The notes under the pieces: model-generated
Database searches by the model: none
What the model was told of the DNA's origin: nothing
What the model saw: only the letters and a program-made list of their open reading frames with translations
Shown here: positions 1 to 13,526 of the stretch, in pieces
Layout: the number at the start of each line of letters is the position of its first letter
Position numbering within the stretch: position 1 is the first letter of the stretch
Assembly: GCA_038496445.1 (NCBI GenBank)
Contig: JALMLS010000505.1
Coordinates: forward strand, 82,500 to 146,499
Reading direction: 5' to 3'
Origin: Trichosphaerium sp. ATCC 40318
Taxonomy: Eukaryota; Protista; Tubulinea
Length of the DNA stretch: 64,000 nt
Program-made: the position numbers and the translations under genes

Positions 1-1248
1 TTTAAACCGTTTGTAAATATTTTCAACTGATTGCAAACGTATTAGTCTCCAATGTCGCTGGATGGAGCGGTGGCCTTGTCAGTACCATTTACATGTACAG
101 AGAGATACCAACAATTCACGCTGAATTGTAACCAAATACACAATACATTCTCACAATTAAATCACTTGTTGATGAAGCGTTGGCACTATATTTAGTGTCA
201 TAGCAGTCATGACCCATCACTCGCTTTTTAGTCACTGTGTTTTATCTCTAGTGGCGTGTTTTACAAACTGTCAAAGAGGAGAGCAAGGGCAGTGATAGCG
301 ACAGATTAAGATGAGACCTGTTGAATGAGGCTTTAGTATGAGAAATTTCGAAACAAAAGAAATCGCCATCATCCCAATGCCTTTAGTGATATCTAAACAA
401 GAGGGTGTTGTTCAGACAACTCTTGATAATTATAAGGGTAGGTTGCCTCAAACTAGAACATAAAAAGCACCAAACCAGTTGTTCGAGAAGCACTTAGGTA
501 TTCGTTTTTGTTGGTACAGTAATACTAACATTTAGTGATCACGTAGCATTTTAATACCCCCTAACAGTACTTTCTCCTCCTTGGTCTTGTAGGCACTTTG
601 CTGGGTTTTGAAGACATACGTTATAACTTGATGGAACAACACCTAAACGTACAGGTTTGGAAAAATGGAAGAATGCCGATAACTAAAAAGTGGCAAAAAC
701 CAACAATAGTTTTTAACTAAAAACTGCGTGACTAAATGGCACTACAGTACGACCACGTCGAAACCAACATTGTCGGATTTCTTTGTATAACGTCATATAT
801 AATGCACTAGTGACAAGGCACGCAGACTAGGCATGCGCTAGTTACAGTACGTCTGTTTATGTTCTACTATGCACTACCAGGCTTAGTCCGTCTTTGGGTG
901 CGTATTCGTTTGTTGGGTAATTAAGGAAACATTACTAGCGCCGCACATGTGAGTATTTAAAGAACGCTTAGTAGTCTGTTATGGTACACCATACCTGTTG
1001 GTAACATGTGACAGATGGGTTTTCTTTGTGTATTCAGTGCAGAATTTCTGTTCGCGTTATTTTAATTTAAACTCAACTCATTGCGTTCTAGATTACCAGA
1101 GTAAAAAGAAGACCATATAAATGACACGGAGCATACATTTAGTTTGGGTAAAAAGTAGCTAGTTTTCAGCATTCGGCTCACATAAAATTTGTGTTCAGCT
1201 TTTGTTACTCTCAGCACCGCAACACATCCTCTTCCCACAAACACAAAC

Positions 1249-2200
1249 ATGTCCCTCCAAACCTTTAAAATTACTTTCCTTGAATACCGCGGCGCTAGTT
1301 TAGCAGACGATGCCCAACTGAACCTAACGCTTCAGGGTACGTTTAGTAATTTTGATAAAAGACGTATCTAACACGTGATTAAAGGCAAGCTATACCAAAG
1401 CCAGCGTATTAACTTACCAAAGTATGCTGGAACTGCTAAATGCCACTTTGTATTTAGAAACGTGTTATGGGGCAAGCATGATGTAGCTATGTTCACATTA
1501 ACTACAACAGTACGTTTATATCTTCTAAACAATAAGATTTGTTTTGCGCGCTAGGTTTTTTTTTTTTTCAAAACTGCACGCGAGTAAAAAAAATCTCTTT
1601 GCGCTCTGGGTTATATCTTCCGCTCCGCTTTTAGTGCTCTTTTCTATTTGGTTTTGCTACATAAACCCTAATTTTGTTTTTGGTTTAATTTATCGAAAAA
1701 CGTGACTGAGAGAGCACCGCAGTCGCAACAAAGTTGATTCGAAGCATTCTTTATTCAGAAAAAAAAAAAGCAGTTTTTGTGTGATTTGATATCAATCCGA
1801 CCTTACACCTTTCTAGACGGGTCAGGTGGTCATGAAAGTAGAGCGACCAAAGTTTTTTATGTTATACCGTAAGCACTGGCTCAAAATGATAACACGAGGC
1901 ACAACACAGACGATGTTCGTTCGCGTTAAATTCACGCGTTGTAAAAAGTCCTCTGCTAGTCCCCACGTGGTATCTCTTGCGACGAATATGATAAACAACA
2001 ATATCACATACGCTGTATAAATATGATCAACAACACCAACGGTTACCCGACTTGAAACCCAAATACTCAATAACTGCCTGTACGATACATTGTAAAAAGA
2101 AAAGAACTACGCTGTAAGAATAAAAGAAAAACCAATCAACCAATAATTCGAACAAGGCAACTGTTCGCCTGGAGTTCCACGCGAAGACAAGTTTTTAAAT
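1249..2200 (+). CDS. Small spliced hypothetical protein (possibly C2-like); 3' end unresolved
   Basis: ATG at 1249 and GTACGT donors at 1337 and ~1510 with matching AG acceptors join MSLQTFKITFLEYRGASLADDAQLNLTLQG-KLYQSQRINLPKYAG...FTLTTT-TGQVVMKVERPKF in frame. The last exon is ambiguous. Confidence 0.35.
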
Positions 2201-2363
2201 CACAAACACTGCGTATTTTGATACCTGATAGCGTTTGTACTTGCATTTTGAAGCACGTGATTTATTTTAAGTCATAGCGTTAAGTCAGAAGAAAAGCGTA
2301 TTGTTCCCTTACAATGCCCAGTTGTCATTTATAAATAGTAATGTCGCACTAAAAGAAACGTAA

Positions 2364-5300
2364 ATGAAGCACTCGTGGGAATCTAAGCTTCTAAAACGGT
2401 CAGTAAAGTGCGTATTATGGAATTTAACGCATTTTGTAGGCCCAAAACATGTAATTGGTGCTCACAAGGTATTTGGAGTCCAGTAAAGAAGGTAGCGTTT
2501 GTTTGTTCCCGTACGTATTTTATAAATCTTTCTATTCAATATTGGTCACTTATAGAGTGACCTACAACTTAAAAACAGCGAGTTTTTTTTATTTACATTT
2601 GTCTTCTTTTTGTTTTGGGTTAAAAATATTTTTGGACTAGGTTGTGGCTATGTGACTCATAAAAAATGCGAACCGAATGTACCTCACACGTGCAGGACAA
2701 AAACTGAGATACAGAAAATAGTAGGGTTATTATTGATTACTATTGTTCGCGGTGATGCCTTTGAACCTGGTACGGCAAAAATTGGTTGGTTTTTTTTTAG
2801 TTTTTTTCACATGCTCGCGATTTACTTTGTTGACACATGCTAAAATACAGTTAAATCTCCAGTTTGAACAAATAGGGCTTATTTTTTTGACGTTGTTGCT
2901 AGACTTAGACGTATACTGCCAAATGTCATTTGATTCCCAAACCAAAATACGCACTAAAGTGAGTCAATCTCCTCCGGAGTGGAACCAATCGTTTTCTTTT
3001 TTCGTCGAGGATACAAGGTACATACAAACAAACCAATCAAAACCAATGGTTTGGTGTTTGGTTGTTCTGTGTTTAACCTCTTTGTTTTAGAGCTAATAAC
3101 TTGGTGCTTGAATGCTATGATAAGGAATACAGGAAAGATACGTATCTGGGAACAACTATGATACAAAATATTCGTGATTACGCTGTTGATAAGGATGCCA
3201 TTATGCACCTCTACCGTGATGGCACGTCAAATTACCTTAAAATTTATGCAAAGTCAAAAATATCCAATAATAGCAGCGTCAAGCATTCATTTGTCCAACC
3301 CGAAGGCGTACCTCGTTGAAGAAAATTATTGTTTTGTTTTTAAGTTCTATACGTTCACAAAGCATGAAGTATCTCAACGTTTCTTCAGGTCAACAAACAT
3401 CAACATCTGTTGTTATGAATGTCGAATACAAGCCTTTTGTAGCTCCAGACAGCAAGCAAAAATTGTATGTGATGGAGTTTGATTATTATTTACTTACCTT
3501 GACTTAGTGGCGATAAACGACCGCGTGATCATTTGGGATTTGTAGTGGACGAAGAATACTACGATAGCTACACATCATCTTGGGAATGGTACGTGAGTTT
3601 GTAGGGTTTTTGTTTGATTTCTTCTTTTTGTTTTTAACAACCCTGCGTTATAGGTACTTTGACAAAAGGCTCCCACAACAACATAATTATTGGAACGCTC
3701 ACTTTCATAACCATATATTTTGTCAGCCAAACGTTATTGTTACCAAGCGTAAGTACTCATAGAAAACACAACTCAAGCATCATTGTCTTTTTTTGACGTT
3801 TTTTGTTTCAGAGCTCAAAGGATTTGTCCGTGAAGGTATTCCTCACTCCTTCAGAGGAGAGCTATGGCAGCTTTTAACAGGATCAAAGAAAGCTATGAAG
3901 GAGAGTAAGGACCTATACAAGAGGCTTCTAAGAGAAAACATGGGAAAAATAACAGCCGCAACAAAACAGATAGATAAGGATGTTCATAGGACTTTTACAG
4001 AGCATCCAATATTAACAACAAAACGCTCTGAGGAATCCTTAAGGCGTATTCTAATAGCTTATTCGTGGAAAAATAGAGTTGTACGTTATCAGAGCATGCT
4101 TGAGGTCAAAATTTTGTGTACACAGAAAACTTAGTCGCAAAATTGTTTTGCGATTTTGGAAGCTACCTAACTTATTTGTTTATCTCAAATATTATGTTCT
4201 TTTTACAAGCACAATTAATCGCTCTGGATTTGGTTGTATTCGTTGCTAATTTTATGTAGGTAGGATACTGTCAGTCAATGAACTTCCTTGCAGCTTTTTT
4301 CTTACTTGTGATGAGTGAAGAAGAAGCATTTTGGCTCCTGTGTACATTTGTAGAGGAAGTGCTTCCTTCTTACTACGACTCAGACTTAATTGGGTCTCAG
4401 GTATGCGAAAACGGTCCATTATCACGTGATAGAAATCCAGAGCTAAAGCAGCTTTTTGTTAATGTTGCTTCGTAGGCTGATTTACAAATGTTTGAAGATA
4501 TGCTAATGACGCACTTTCCTGAGATTCAATCACATTTATTTAACTTGGGAATGCCTGTGAGTCTCAAGATTACAAGTTGGTTTCTTTCTTGTTATTGTAC
4601 AATTCTACCAACTGAAGTACGTGGTCAAAACAAACGAGACACGTGCTTTGGTTCTTTTTTAATTTGTTTTTCAGACAGCTCTTCGGATATTCGATTGGAT
4701 GATGGTAGATGGGGTCAATGTATTGTTTAGTATAGGTTTAGCTCTCTTTGATATAAACAAGGATGTCATCCTGGAGAGCGTTGGTATGACAAAGACCATT
4801 ATTGGTTTTTTTTGTACCTTTTGAATTAATGTCGATTTTTTTCTAGATTTTGAGACATGTATTGGAGCCTTTAATTTTATGACACGTTCAGCTTTTAATG
4901 CAGATTTATTGGTAGAAGTACGTTGATATTTTTATGATTTTGCAAACCTTCTATGAAACTTATACACGCTTCGAAAAACTTGGGTTAAAAAAAGATTGAC
5001 TTTCTCTTTAGCTTGCCTTTACCAAGTATAAGTTAAAGCCAAATGAGGCAAAGAAAAAGAGACAAAGATATTTAAGACATGTCAAAAAGAAGAGAACACA
5101 AGATTTGAAGAAACGCACACCATGTACTACAGCTGCAGAAAAACTTGTTTTTTCTGATTTTTTTCTGACTCTTTTTTGTTAGTGGATCAGTGGGAGTTTG
5201 ATGCACTAATGAAAGAATGGCAAAAGCTTGGGTGTGATGTTATATCAGTACCACAATTCCGTGATATTGTCACAAAGATATGTCCTGTATTAGAGAATAT

Positions 5301-6350
5301 AAATACAGCATTATTTCGGGTAAGTCATCTACTCAAAATCACTTTCACGCCGTTTTGGAAAAACACATTTGCATGTAGTATGCATTAGTGTTAACAAAAA
5401 TTTGTGATTTTGAAGTATTGTGAGCGGTATTTATTGTATTTTCCGTTCTTAATTGGTACTGACTCAATCGCTAAATTATGCCCTTTTGGTAGCAGAAACA
5501 CGTGTTTTTTTATCAAATTTTGTGTTTACTTTTCTGACTGATTGTATTTCGAATAGGTTTTATCAAAGAAAAGCGATTGTATGAACTTACAAGAGTTCAT
5601 GATGGGTTTCTCTATTTTCACTAAAGGCACTTATGAGCAGAAGATAAATTGTACGTAATTCATGAATTGGTTGTTTGTCAACGTAGATCTCATTTTACAA
5701 TAGTGTGGTTTGATGTCTTCGATTCTGACTGTGGTACGCAATTAATTAATTGAGACGTTATTTTGAGTTTGATGAAGACTTCTATCAGTGCCTTTTCGTT
5801 TAGTATAAAATACTATCAGTTAGCTATTTTATCACACTACACCAGCTGACTTGTTGGGTTTTAGATGGTTATCTAGAGAACAAAGATCTTGTAAATATGT
5901 TCGTCTTGTTGTGGAAACTATTTAATCATGGAGCAAATATGGATACTGCATGGACATCCAAATTATTTGATGTACGAACTACTATACACGTGATTGTAGC
6001 TTTTAGATGGTTAATAAGCAACGTCGCCAACAAAACTAAAAAAGAAAAATTCCATCTATCTAATAATCTTTTAGATGGTTAATAAGCGTCGCCAAGGTAA
6101 ATGGACTAAAAAAGAGTTCAAGCTTGCATGTAAACATATGCCATTATTCTCAGAGTACTTCTCGTATCAAATTATATCAGAAGATAAAAAACAGATAGTA
6201 CGAGATAGAAGACGTGAAATGACTATCCCTATTCCTTCAAAGAAGAACCCAAATAGAAAAACAATACGCGGTGATTCATCTATTGCAATGAACTTTAGAG
6301 CAAAGTCTGCAAACCCAATGCCAAGACGTTTGTACAGAAGCGAAAAGTAA
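2364..6350 (+). CDS. Rab-GAP TBC-domain protein with N-terminal C1 and C2 domains and C-terminal EF-hands
   Basis: Spliced C1 motif H-SWESKLLKRPKT-C-NW-C-SQGIWSPVKKVAFV-C-SR-C-GYVT-H-KK-C-EPNVPHT-C. C2 motifs DVYCQMSF..KIRTKV..PEWNQSFSF..LECYDKE. TBC motifs GIPHSFRGELWQLL, QIDKDVHRT, GYCQSMNFLAAFFLL. EF-like WFDVFDSDC/DGYLENKDL. Stop at 6350. Confidence 0.85.
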
Positions 6351-6755
6351 GAAAAAAATACGAGAACTAAAAGACGAAAAAAATAGTAACCACCAATGTA
6401 CACATCCATGGCGACAGTAAGCAATATAATAAACTTGTTTGGCAAAAAAAAAACCCGTACCACCAAAATACGGATGTGTTTGTCCAAGACTTTAGGCTCA
6501 TTAGGGGTTAGTTCCCTATGGAGAGTGAATATCTGTTAATTTAAATCCAGTCAACTCCATTGAGAGTGCCCACAAGGTTTTGAAGTTCTGTACGCAACGT
6601 GTGACGCCATCAGACTATCTCATTAATGGCATAGACTTAACAACCAGTTTGTTTATCACATCGTAATACAACCTAAGTATCAGCTGCAGTTGTTTAGTTT
6701 GTACCAATTCCATTGCGTAGCTTTCGTCGTAGCATTCAAGGTTTAATTTGAACTA

Positions 6756-9168
6756 ATGCGTTCTGGAGAAGCACTGCAGAACATGGTAGCGTGTTTGGGT
6801 ACGTAACCGGAAGTTACTACATAAAACAGCCAATCCGCCTCTTATTATTTGTTACGCTATCTTACATTGCCGTTAGTAATTCTCGCATGCTTTTTACCAA
6901 TAATAAGCGGTTTGCACGTTATCGATAAAAATGGGCATTCTACGGTAAGCTATTACGCTAAAAGTACTGGCTAAGCGTAGCTGTTCGTTAAAAAATGCTT
7001 TGGGTCATTTTTTTTTTGTATTTAAACGTTGGCAATGAATACACTTTATATATTACCACTTTAGCAGTGTAAAACTCAAAGCCAATCAAGAGTTTCCTTT
7101 TTTGAACGGTTACGAGCTTTTTCGAAATACTTTTCCTAAAACATCATTTGACGCTATGAATGTCACCTAAACCCCTTTCGTTGGTATCAATTCAGCGTAA
7201 AATCCTATTTTGGATGTGTAGCAAACAATAATGATATTGTAGTACATTAAAGCAATCAAAGTGGATTACATATCACGTGATGTATCATCGACTTTTAAAA
7301 ATGTAACTCTTGTTGCATCAACATCACAAAACATATCTGGAAAGTACGAAAATACAAGGACACGAAACAGAGAACTAACTTGCCTTATTTTTTGTTTTTT
7401 GATGTTAGTCTCGTTCACTCCACTAATTTATCTTTTTTTGTAGTTTTGTCTGTGTTCTCGAGGAAACACTAGTTCGAAATGTGGAGGATATTACAAAATA
7501 CTATAATTTGAATGCAACTGGTCTTATTATTAGAGTGACAAGTACACACAAGAGAAGTTTTTTTATCGGTGTATCTTCATCCACCTGACTTTTCTACCAG
7601 GTCGTATTCCAGGGTCTTTTGTAATTCACAAAGGATTCTTCTCATCAGTTAGTAACCTTGACTTCCATGTATTTCATATTGGCAGCCATGACGGCCCTGT
7701 ACTGCGTGACTTGATAGAAGCTAACAATGGCTCGTTAAAATTATTTATTGATGGAGGAGGTACCACGAATTTGATTGCTTGTTGCCTTTGATACTAAGTC
7801 TTTTGAAGAGCATAATGATTGGGTTGTTGCTTCTAGTGAAGCACTTGTAATACCTCTATTTAATGTATTCTTGGGAGGATTTGCGTTGATCACAACTTTA
7901 TATGCAGCGTACAAGTTCTATGTATATACAAGTAGACATGTGCGTGTTGTTTTACTTTTTTTGTTTTTTTCATAGCTCATCGTTGACAGGGATGGAGCTG
8001 GACAGTATGCCAAGTATGTCTTGGACTAGAAATTGTAGCAAATTTTGGTACGCTCGTTGCAAACACATTGATTATTTTTAGAGTGTTAAAGCCAACGTAA
8101 ACTTATTGAGAACATTCTTGCTAATTGTTTTTTAATAGAGCGTGCTCTTTTTGTAATCATTGATCCATACTTCTTGCGCACAATTTTTCCTAGAGTAATG
8201 GGACATATTTTAGCAACAATATCTATACCATTGACGTTACTCACAACATTACTTATTGCTTTTTACTGGTATGTTTATTACTTACTTAAAAGCTGTTATT
8301 TTGCTAACATTTCGCTTGACAAAAACCCCAGTCTCTTTGTATTTATTCACTTTTTTGCAAACTTTTGTTTACATTATCAGTACTTGTGTTAATGGCGGAT
8401 GTAGGAGAGAACTTAGTTCTCGACAGTCGATAAAAATCTTGTCATTTATTGAAAGGTTAAAGATACCTTTTGTGATTATTGCTTCATTCATGTTTGTCTT
8501 TGAGATAACATCAGCAATTCTCCGTGTTATTCTATCTGATACTTATGCTGTTATCACTACAACCATTACTATAGTAATCTACTTTATACTTACAGTTGCA
8601 GTTGTTATTTTCTTTATAGCAGCAGGCTACGCTGTTCTAAAACGTATATCAAAAGCAACTTCAAACACAAAAGTTCGTAGACTCCGAATGATAACATACT
8701 TGATAATGTCAAGTTCTTTATTCCAAATTACTACCATTATAGTAGTTATAGTGGGCAATCTAACACAGTGGATGTGGTACGTGATAACCAATAAATAGGT
8801 GCAAAAAACAAAATTCTTATTTTTTTCTTTGTTTTAGGGATTATCCAAGTGGATACATTACCACGTGGGCAGTAATGTTCTTCTGTTTAACAATGACAAG
8901 CTTTATACAAATTATTGCTTGGAGTGATGGAAGTAGTAGTAACAGCAAAAGTAGTGCTACAAAAAGGAGGTCATCTGTAGCCCCGTCTATTTCTACCAAT
9001 CCGTATTCTCCAAGAGGAGGTATTAAAACACAACGTGATATGGAACCAAGTATATCTTCTTCAAATGATGCTGATCTTGAAGAGAACCTGGAAATGTCTA
9101 ATGCAGTTGTACAAGAAGATGAGACTAAGTGGAAAGTAGCAAGCCCAGAAAAAAATTATTCTTTGTAA
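6756..9168 (+). CDS. Signal peptide + PA-domain-like ectodomain + 7TM protein, copy A1 (TOM1/GPR137/PRRT3-like TM region)
   Basis: Multi-exon. Hydrophobic N-terminus LLRYLTLPLVILACFLPIISG, about 7 hydrophobic segments, motif RALFVIIDPY..RTIFP..GHILATISIPL...FYW and a Ser-rich C-tail. Start uncertain (6756 or 6783). Confidence 0.7.
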
Positions 9169-9743
9169 TTAGCGTTGGAGTGATAGTGTAACAATAAAAT
9201 CTAATTCGTATCCTTTTACGTAGTGTCACCTGGCCATCTGCTTAACATATAGGATACCCAAATGTACAACGAAGGTTTTGACATTATGGACTAAGTGGTC
9301 GTAATATGAATGGCTCTTGTTGATAAGAAGACCTAATATTGCAACAAAATCTAAGCCAGGTTAGAGTGTCACGTTGACTTGTACCTAGTTGAATTGAACT
9401 GACGTAGTAAGTCTTCGAAATGAAAAATTTATCTTTTGGCTAGACTCCCAACACTTGTTTATTGCAACAAGCAAAAAAATGTCAAAAAAGTTATTTTTAG
9501 ACAAACATCTTCTAGAAGCACCTGAAAGGAAACTATCATTCAGAAACGGATAAAACGATTGATTGGAAGTGTTTTAACACCACACAACCTACTTGCATAC
9601 GTTTATGTGCTCTTTGCAATAAATTTGGGCGGGATGAGGCCAAATGAAGCGTATTTGTACAAAAACGCTTATACAGTGTATTTTGGTGCGTAAAACGAAG
9701 CTGTATTTTAATCTTCTTGAAACACTGTTCAATTTCACGTTAA

Positions 9744-11777
9744 ATGAATTCTATGCGCTATCTCACATCATATTAGTACTTGTCATAAGCTTTTTACAAC
9801 CAATAGCCAGTTTAAATGTTGTTGATAGAAACGGGCAGTCAACGGTACGTGCATTCGAATACTTAGTAAAAATACGTCCCAGCAGACCATTCAAATAAAC
9901 CGATTCTACCAAGCGACATTTTTGGACGTAAATCAACCCTTTCAGAAGCTAGCTGCTTACTTGTCCAACTAACAAGCAACATAATACTCACGCTTTGTAT
10001 TGTAGTACATTAAAGCAATCAAAGTGGATTACATATCACGTGATGTATCATCGACTTTTAAAAATGTAACTCTTGTTGCATCAACATCACAAAACATATC
10101 TGGAAAGTACGTCATTTCTCTTTCCTTTTTTTGTTTGTTTGTATAATTTCGACCTTTCTAAAAGTATTTTTTTAGCTTTGTTTATGTGAATGAAGCTAAA
10201 CAAGTATGGGACATAGATGTTATAACAGAATACTACAATTTGAATGCAACTGGTATTATAATCAGAGTAAAAAGTACTAACATTTAAACACTTTTTTTTA
10301 CAAATTAACTCGTATACCAGGTCATACTCCTGGAGGTTATATACTCCATAGACAAACTTACACTCCAGTACAAGCTCTAGACTTCCGGGTATTTCATATT
10401 GGTAACAGTGATGGACCTGTACTTTTTGACTTGATAGAAGCAAACAATGACTCTTTACAATTATTTATTGTTAATGAAGGTACCAAAGTGACATTTTTAA
10501 TGACCCACGTGACTTGTAGAGTGTGCTCAGATAAAACTCTGACTTTCCATTGTAATTTATTTGTTTTTCAGCTATAACATTGTACTTATTTTAGAGCACA
10601 ATGATTGGGATGTGGTTGTTAGTGAATATCTAATAGTTCCTCTTTTTAATATATTCTTGGGAGGATTTGCACTTATTACAACATTGTATGCATCCTATAA
10701 GTTTTATGGGTACACCACTCATAATGTACGTACAGGTCTTTTTTTTCCCATGAAACAACAATTCTTATAGTTTAATGACAGGGATGGAAGTGGACTGTAT
10801 GTCAAGTATGCCTTGGACTGGAAATCATAGCAAATTTAGGTGCGTACGCAAAGCAAAGACAAAATTAAAAACTTCTAATTAATTAATACTATATATATAG
10901 AGCGTGCTCTTTTTGTCTCCTTGATCCGTATTTTATGCGTACCATTTTACCTAGAGTAGTAGGACATATATTGGCAACTATATCTTTACCTCTAACGTTA
11001 CTCACAACATTACTCATTTCTTTCTACTGGTACACTTCGATTGACATAAAAAAGCCAGTCTTTTCTTGTTGTATTCATTCACTTTTTTTTGCAAAGTTTT
11101 GTTACTTTTGTGCTAATTGTGACTGTAGGAGAGAACTTAGTTCTCAGCATTCGATAAAAATCTTGTCATTTATTGACAGGTTAAAGATACCTTTTGTGAT
11201 TATGGCTTGTGTATTGTTTATCTTTGAGATTACTACATCCATACTACGTGTTGTAGTACAAGATACTTATGCTATTGTTATCACTGTTATTACAGTTGGA
11301 GTATACTTAATACTTACAATAGCTATTGTTGGCTTTTTTACAGCAACAGGTCACGCTGTGTTGAACAGGCTTTCGCAAGTTCCTTCAAACAACAAAAAAA
11401 TTAGTAAACTTCGAATGATAACCTGCTTGATAATGTCAAGCGCTATTTTCCAAATCGCTACCATTTTAATAGCCATAATCGGTGCTGTGACAAGATGGAC
11501 ATGGTAAGGTTAAACAATGAGAAAGCAAAATTCTTATTTTTTTCTTTGTTTTAGGGATTACCCGAGTGGATACATTACCACGTGGGCAGTAATGTTCTTC
11601 TGTTTAACAATGACAAGCTTTATACAAATTATTGCTTGGAGTGATGGGCGTGGTGATGGTTCTAGACAACATCAAACTTCTGTAGCTCCTTCTGTTGACC
11701 TCCAAACACAAAGGATTGAAACATCCGACGAACAAACTAAGTATCAAGTAGGCACTATTACTGAGGATAACAGTTAA
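9744..11777 (+). CDS. PA-like ectodomain + 7TM protein, tandem paralog A2 (possible -1 frameshift in the signal peptide)
   Basis: Same exon structure and motifs as 6756-9168 (DPYFMRTILPRVVGHILATISLPL, DYPSGYITTWAVMFFCLTMTSFIQIIAW). One base appears missing near 9771 relative to copy A1. Confidence 0.7.
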
Positions 11778-13526
11778 CTTTTACAAATTACACATCTGTG
11801 ATGTATTGCTACAGCTGTATACATTGTCTCCAGGTATTATAGCAAGGTTGTTATGTACCATAAAATAAAAAAGCCTTTCTTAAAGGCTTATGACATTTGC
11901 GAACGTTGTCACTATCAGCAATGTACCCAGCAATAACAATGTAAATAAATACTAATCAGTGAGCTTTCCATGTTGCAAGTAAGTAGTTGTTAAAATAATT
12001 GCATTCGAAACAAATGTACTCTCTTTTTGTAAATGTCTACAATAAAAATGTTAAATATTGCGCTACGTCAAGAAAGTCACTACAGATTACGCAATGTCAA
12101 GTAATTGTGGCACATGACGAGTCTTCCAGCATGCTTGACGAATAATACCAGAGAGTTAGAAGTATTTGATAAACCTCATAGCTGTCTCCGGTAGTTCAGC
12201 TATACATGTAATTAAAGCACGTCGCAATTACATTGACATAAAAAGACAATTTATCCAAAAGAACAAGTCTTGATACACCACTCGTACAATCCTGGGTTAA
12301 TCCACCAACATGTGCTTCGCGGTAAGACAGACCTTCACTGCTTTGGTTATGAGTGTCAGAGTTGATTTGGAGGTTTTTTTTTGCCTTTTTTTTTCTGAGT
12401 TCTTCCATTCTATGCATTGAACTTGTGATATAGGAAACGATCAATACATGAAGAGAAGAAAGAATACAACTTTATGTCATAATTAATTCATGCCCTTCGT
12501 GATTTTACGTTAAATGTTGTTTGGTTTTTTACGTTCACTGAATTACCCACATTACCATAAACATCAAAGTCAATTTGTTTGTCATGTCTCTCAAAATAAA
12601 TTTCATTACAAGCAATAACAACCAGCAATAAACAACGCAAGAATAATGACAACTGTAGGAGAAAGTCAGATACGGTATGAGGAGAGAAAGTTCTGCAGAC
12701 CAAAAAGAAATACTTGCAATCGAAAAGAAGGCTTTTAAAGACAAACAAGCTCAAGCACAAAAGACCTATTGAAAAACAAAAAGTTTCCCTTTCAGCTAAA
12801 CAATGTGATGGTATGTGTCAAAACAATTTGTAATACCTTTGCTGAGTAAAGGGGTGCCGAGACCTCTGAATTGAAGGCATCATTTAATATGATACCACAT
12901 TTTTTTGTGATATCCCTTTTTTTACTAATGTCGCTGTCTGTAGCTATTGTACGAGCAGCATGGAAAAGCAATCAATTAGAGGTCGCCAAAAATGTGCCAA
13001 GTTCTGCTACGAAAGGTAAAGCCGCTTTTGAAAAAGCTATGAAGAGCGCAATGTGGTTGGGGAGTTTGAGAAACTTAAACTAGTATTGGCATAAATTAAT
13101 CGCTCAATATTACCACTGTGTTATCGTAACAATATTCAAAAATAAAAGAAATTGTACCAACAAGGCGAGTGCTCTGATTGCTGCTACAATTGGAAGATCA
13201 GAACAGTCTTTTTATTGTTTGACACAGCTGTTTGTCAATGATATATCCTTGGTCAGTTCTATGTGTCGCACCAACACATTTATCTCTGTATCCAAGGTTT
13301 TTCCTTGCCTGTGTGGGTACTATGTACTGGCTATTGCAAAAAAAAAAAGTGCTGCCTAACTATCCTTTTCTATCAGTCCCTGGCTTTTAGACAAAATCTC
13401 TGAAAGCGATAGTAAAGCAAGCTTCCAGTACAACTAGTTAAAACAGTTCAATGACAAATTACCATAATCTGAGTCAATTCCAAAACGAGTAGATCTATTG
13501 ATAATTTTTTATTTGAAGACACAGCA

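Noticed and set aside
300-720. Exon-like fragments with a GT-AG intron
   Set aside because: Stops in all frames and no recognisable product.
2279-2445. Possible in-frame TAG suggesting stop-codon reassignment upstream of the C1 domain
   Set aside because: An alternative parse from ATG 2364 gives a perfect C1 motif with no stop, and other genes read in the standard code once introns are removed.
12100-13420. Possible decayed minus-strand spliced gene
   Set aside because: Exon-like segments contain several stops and no identifiable motif, so no call can be supported.
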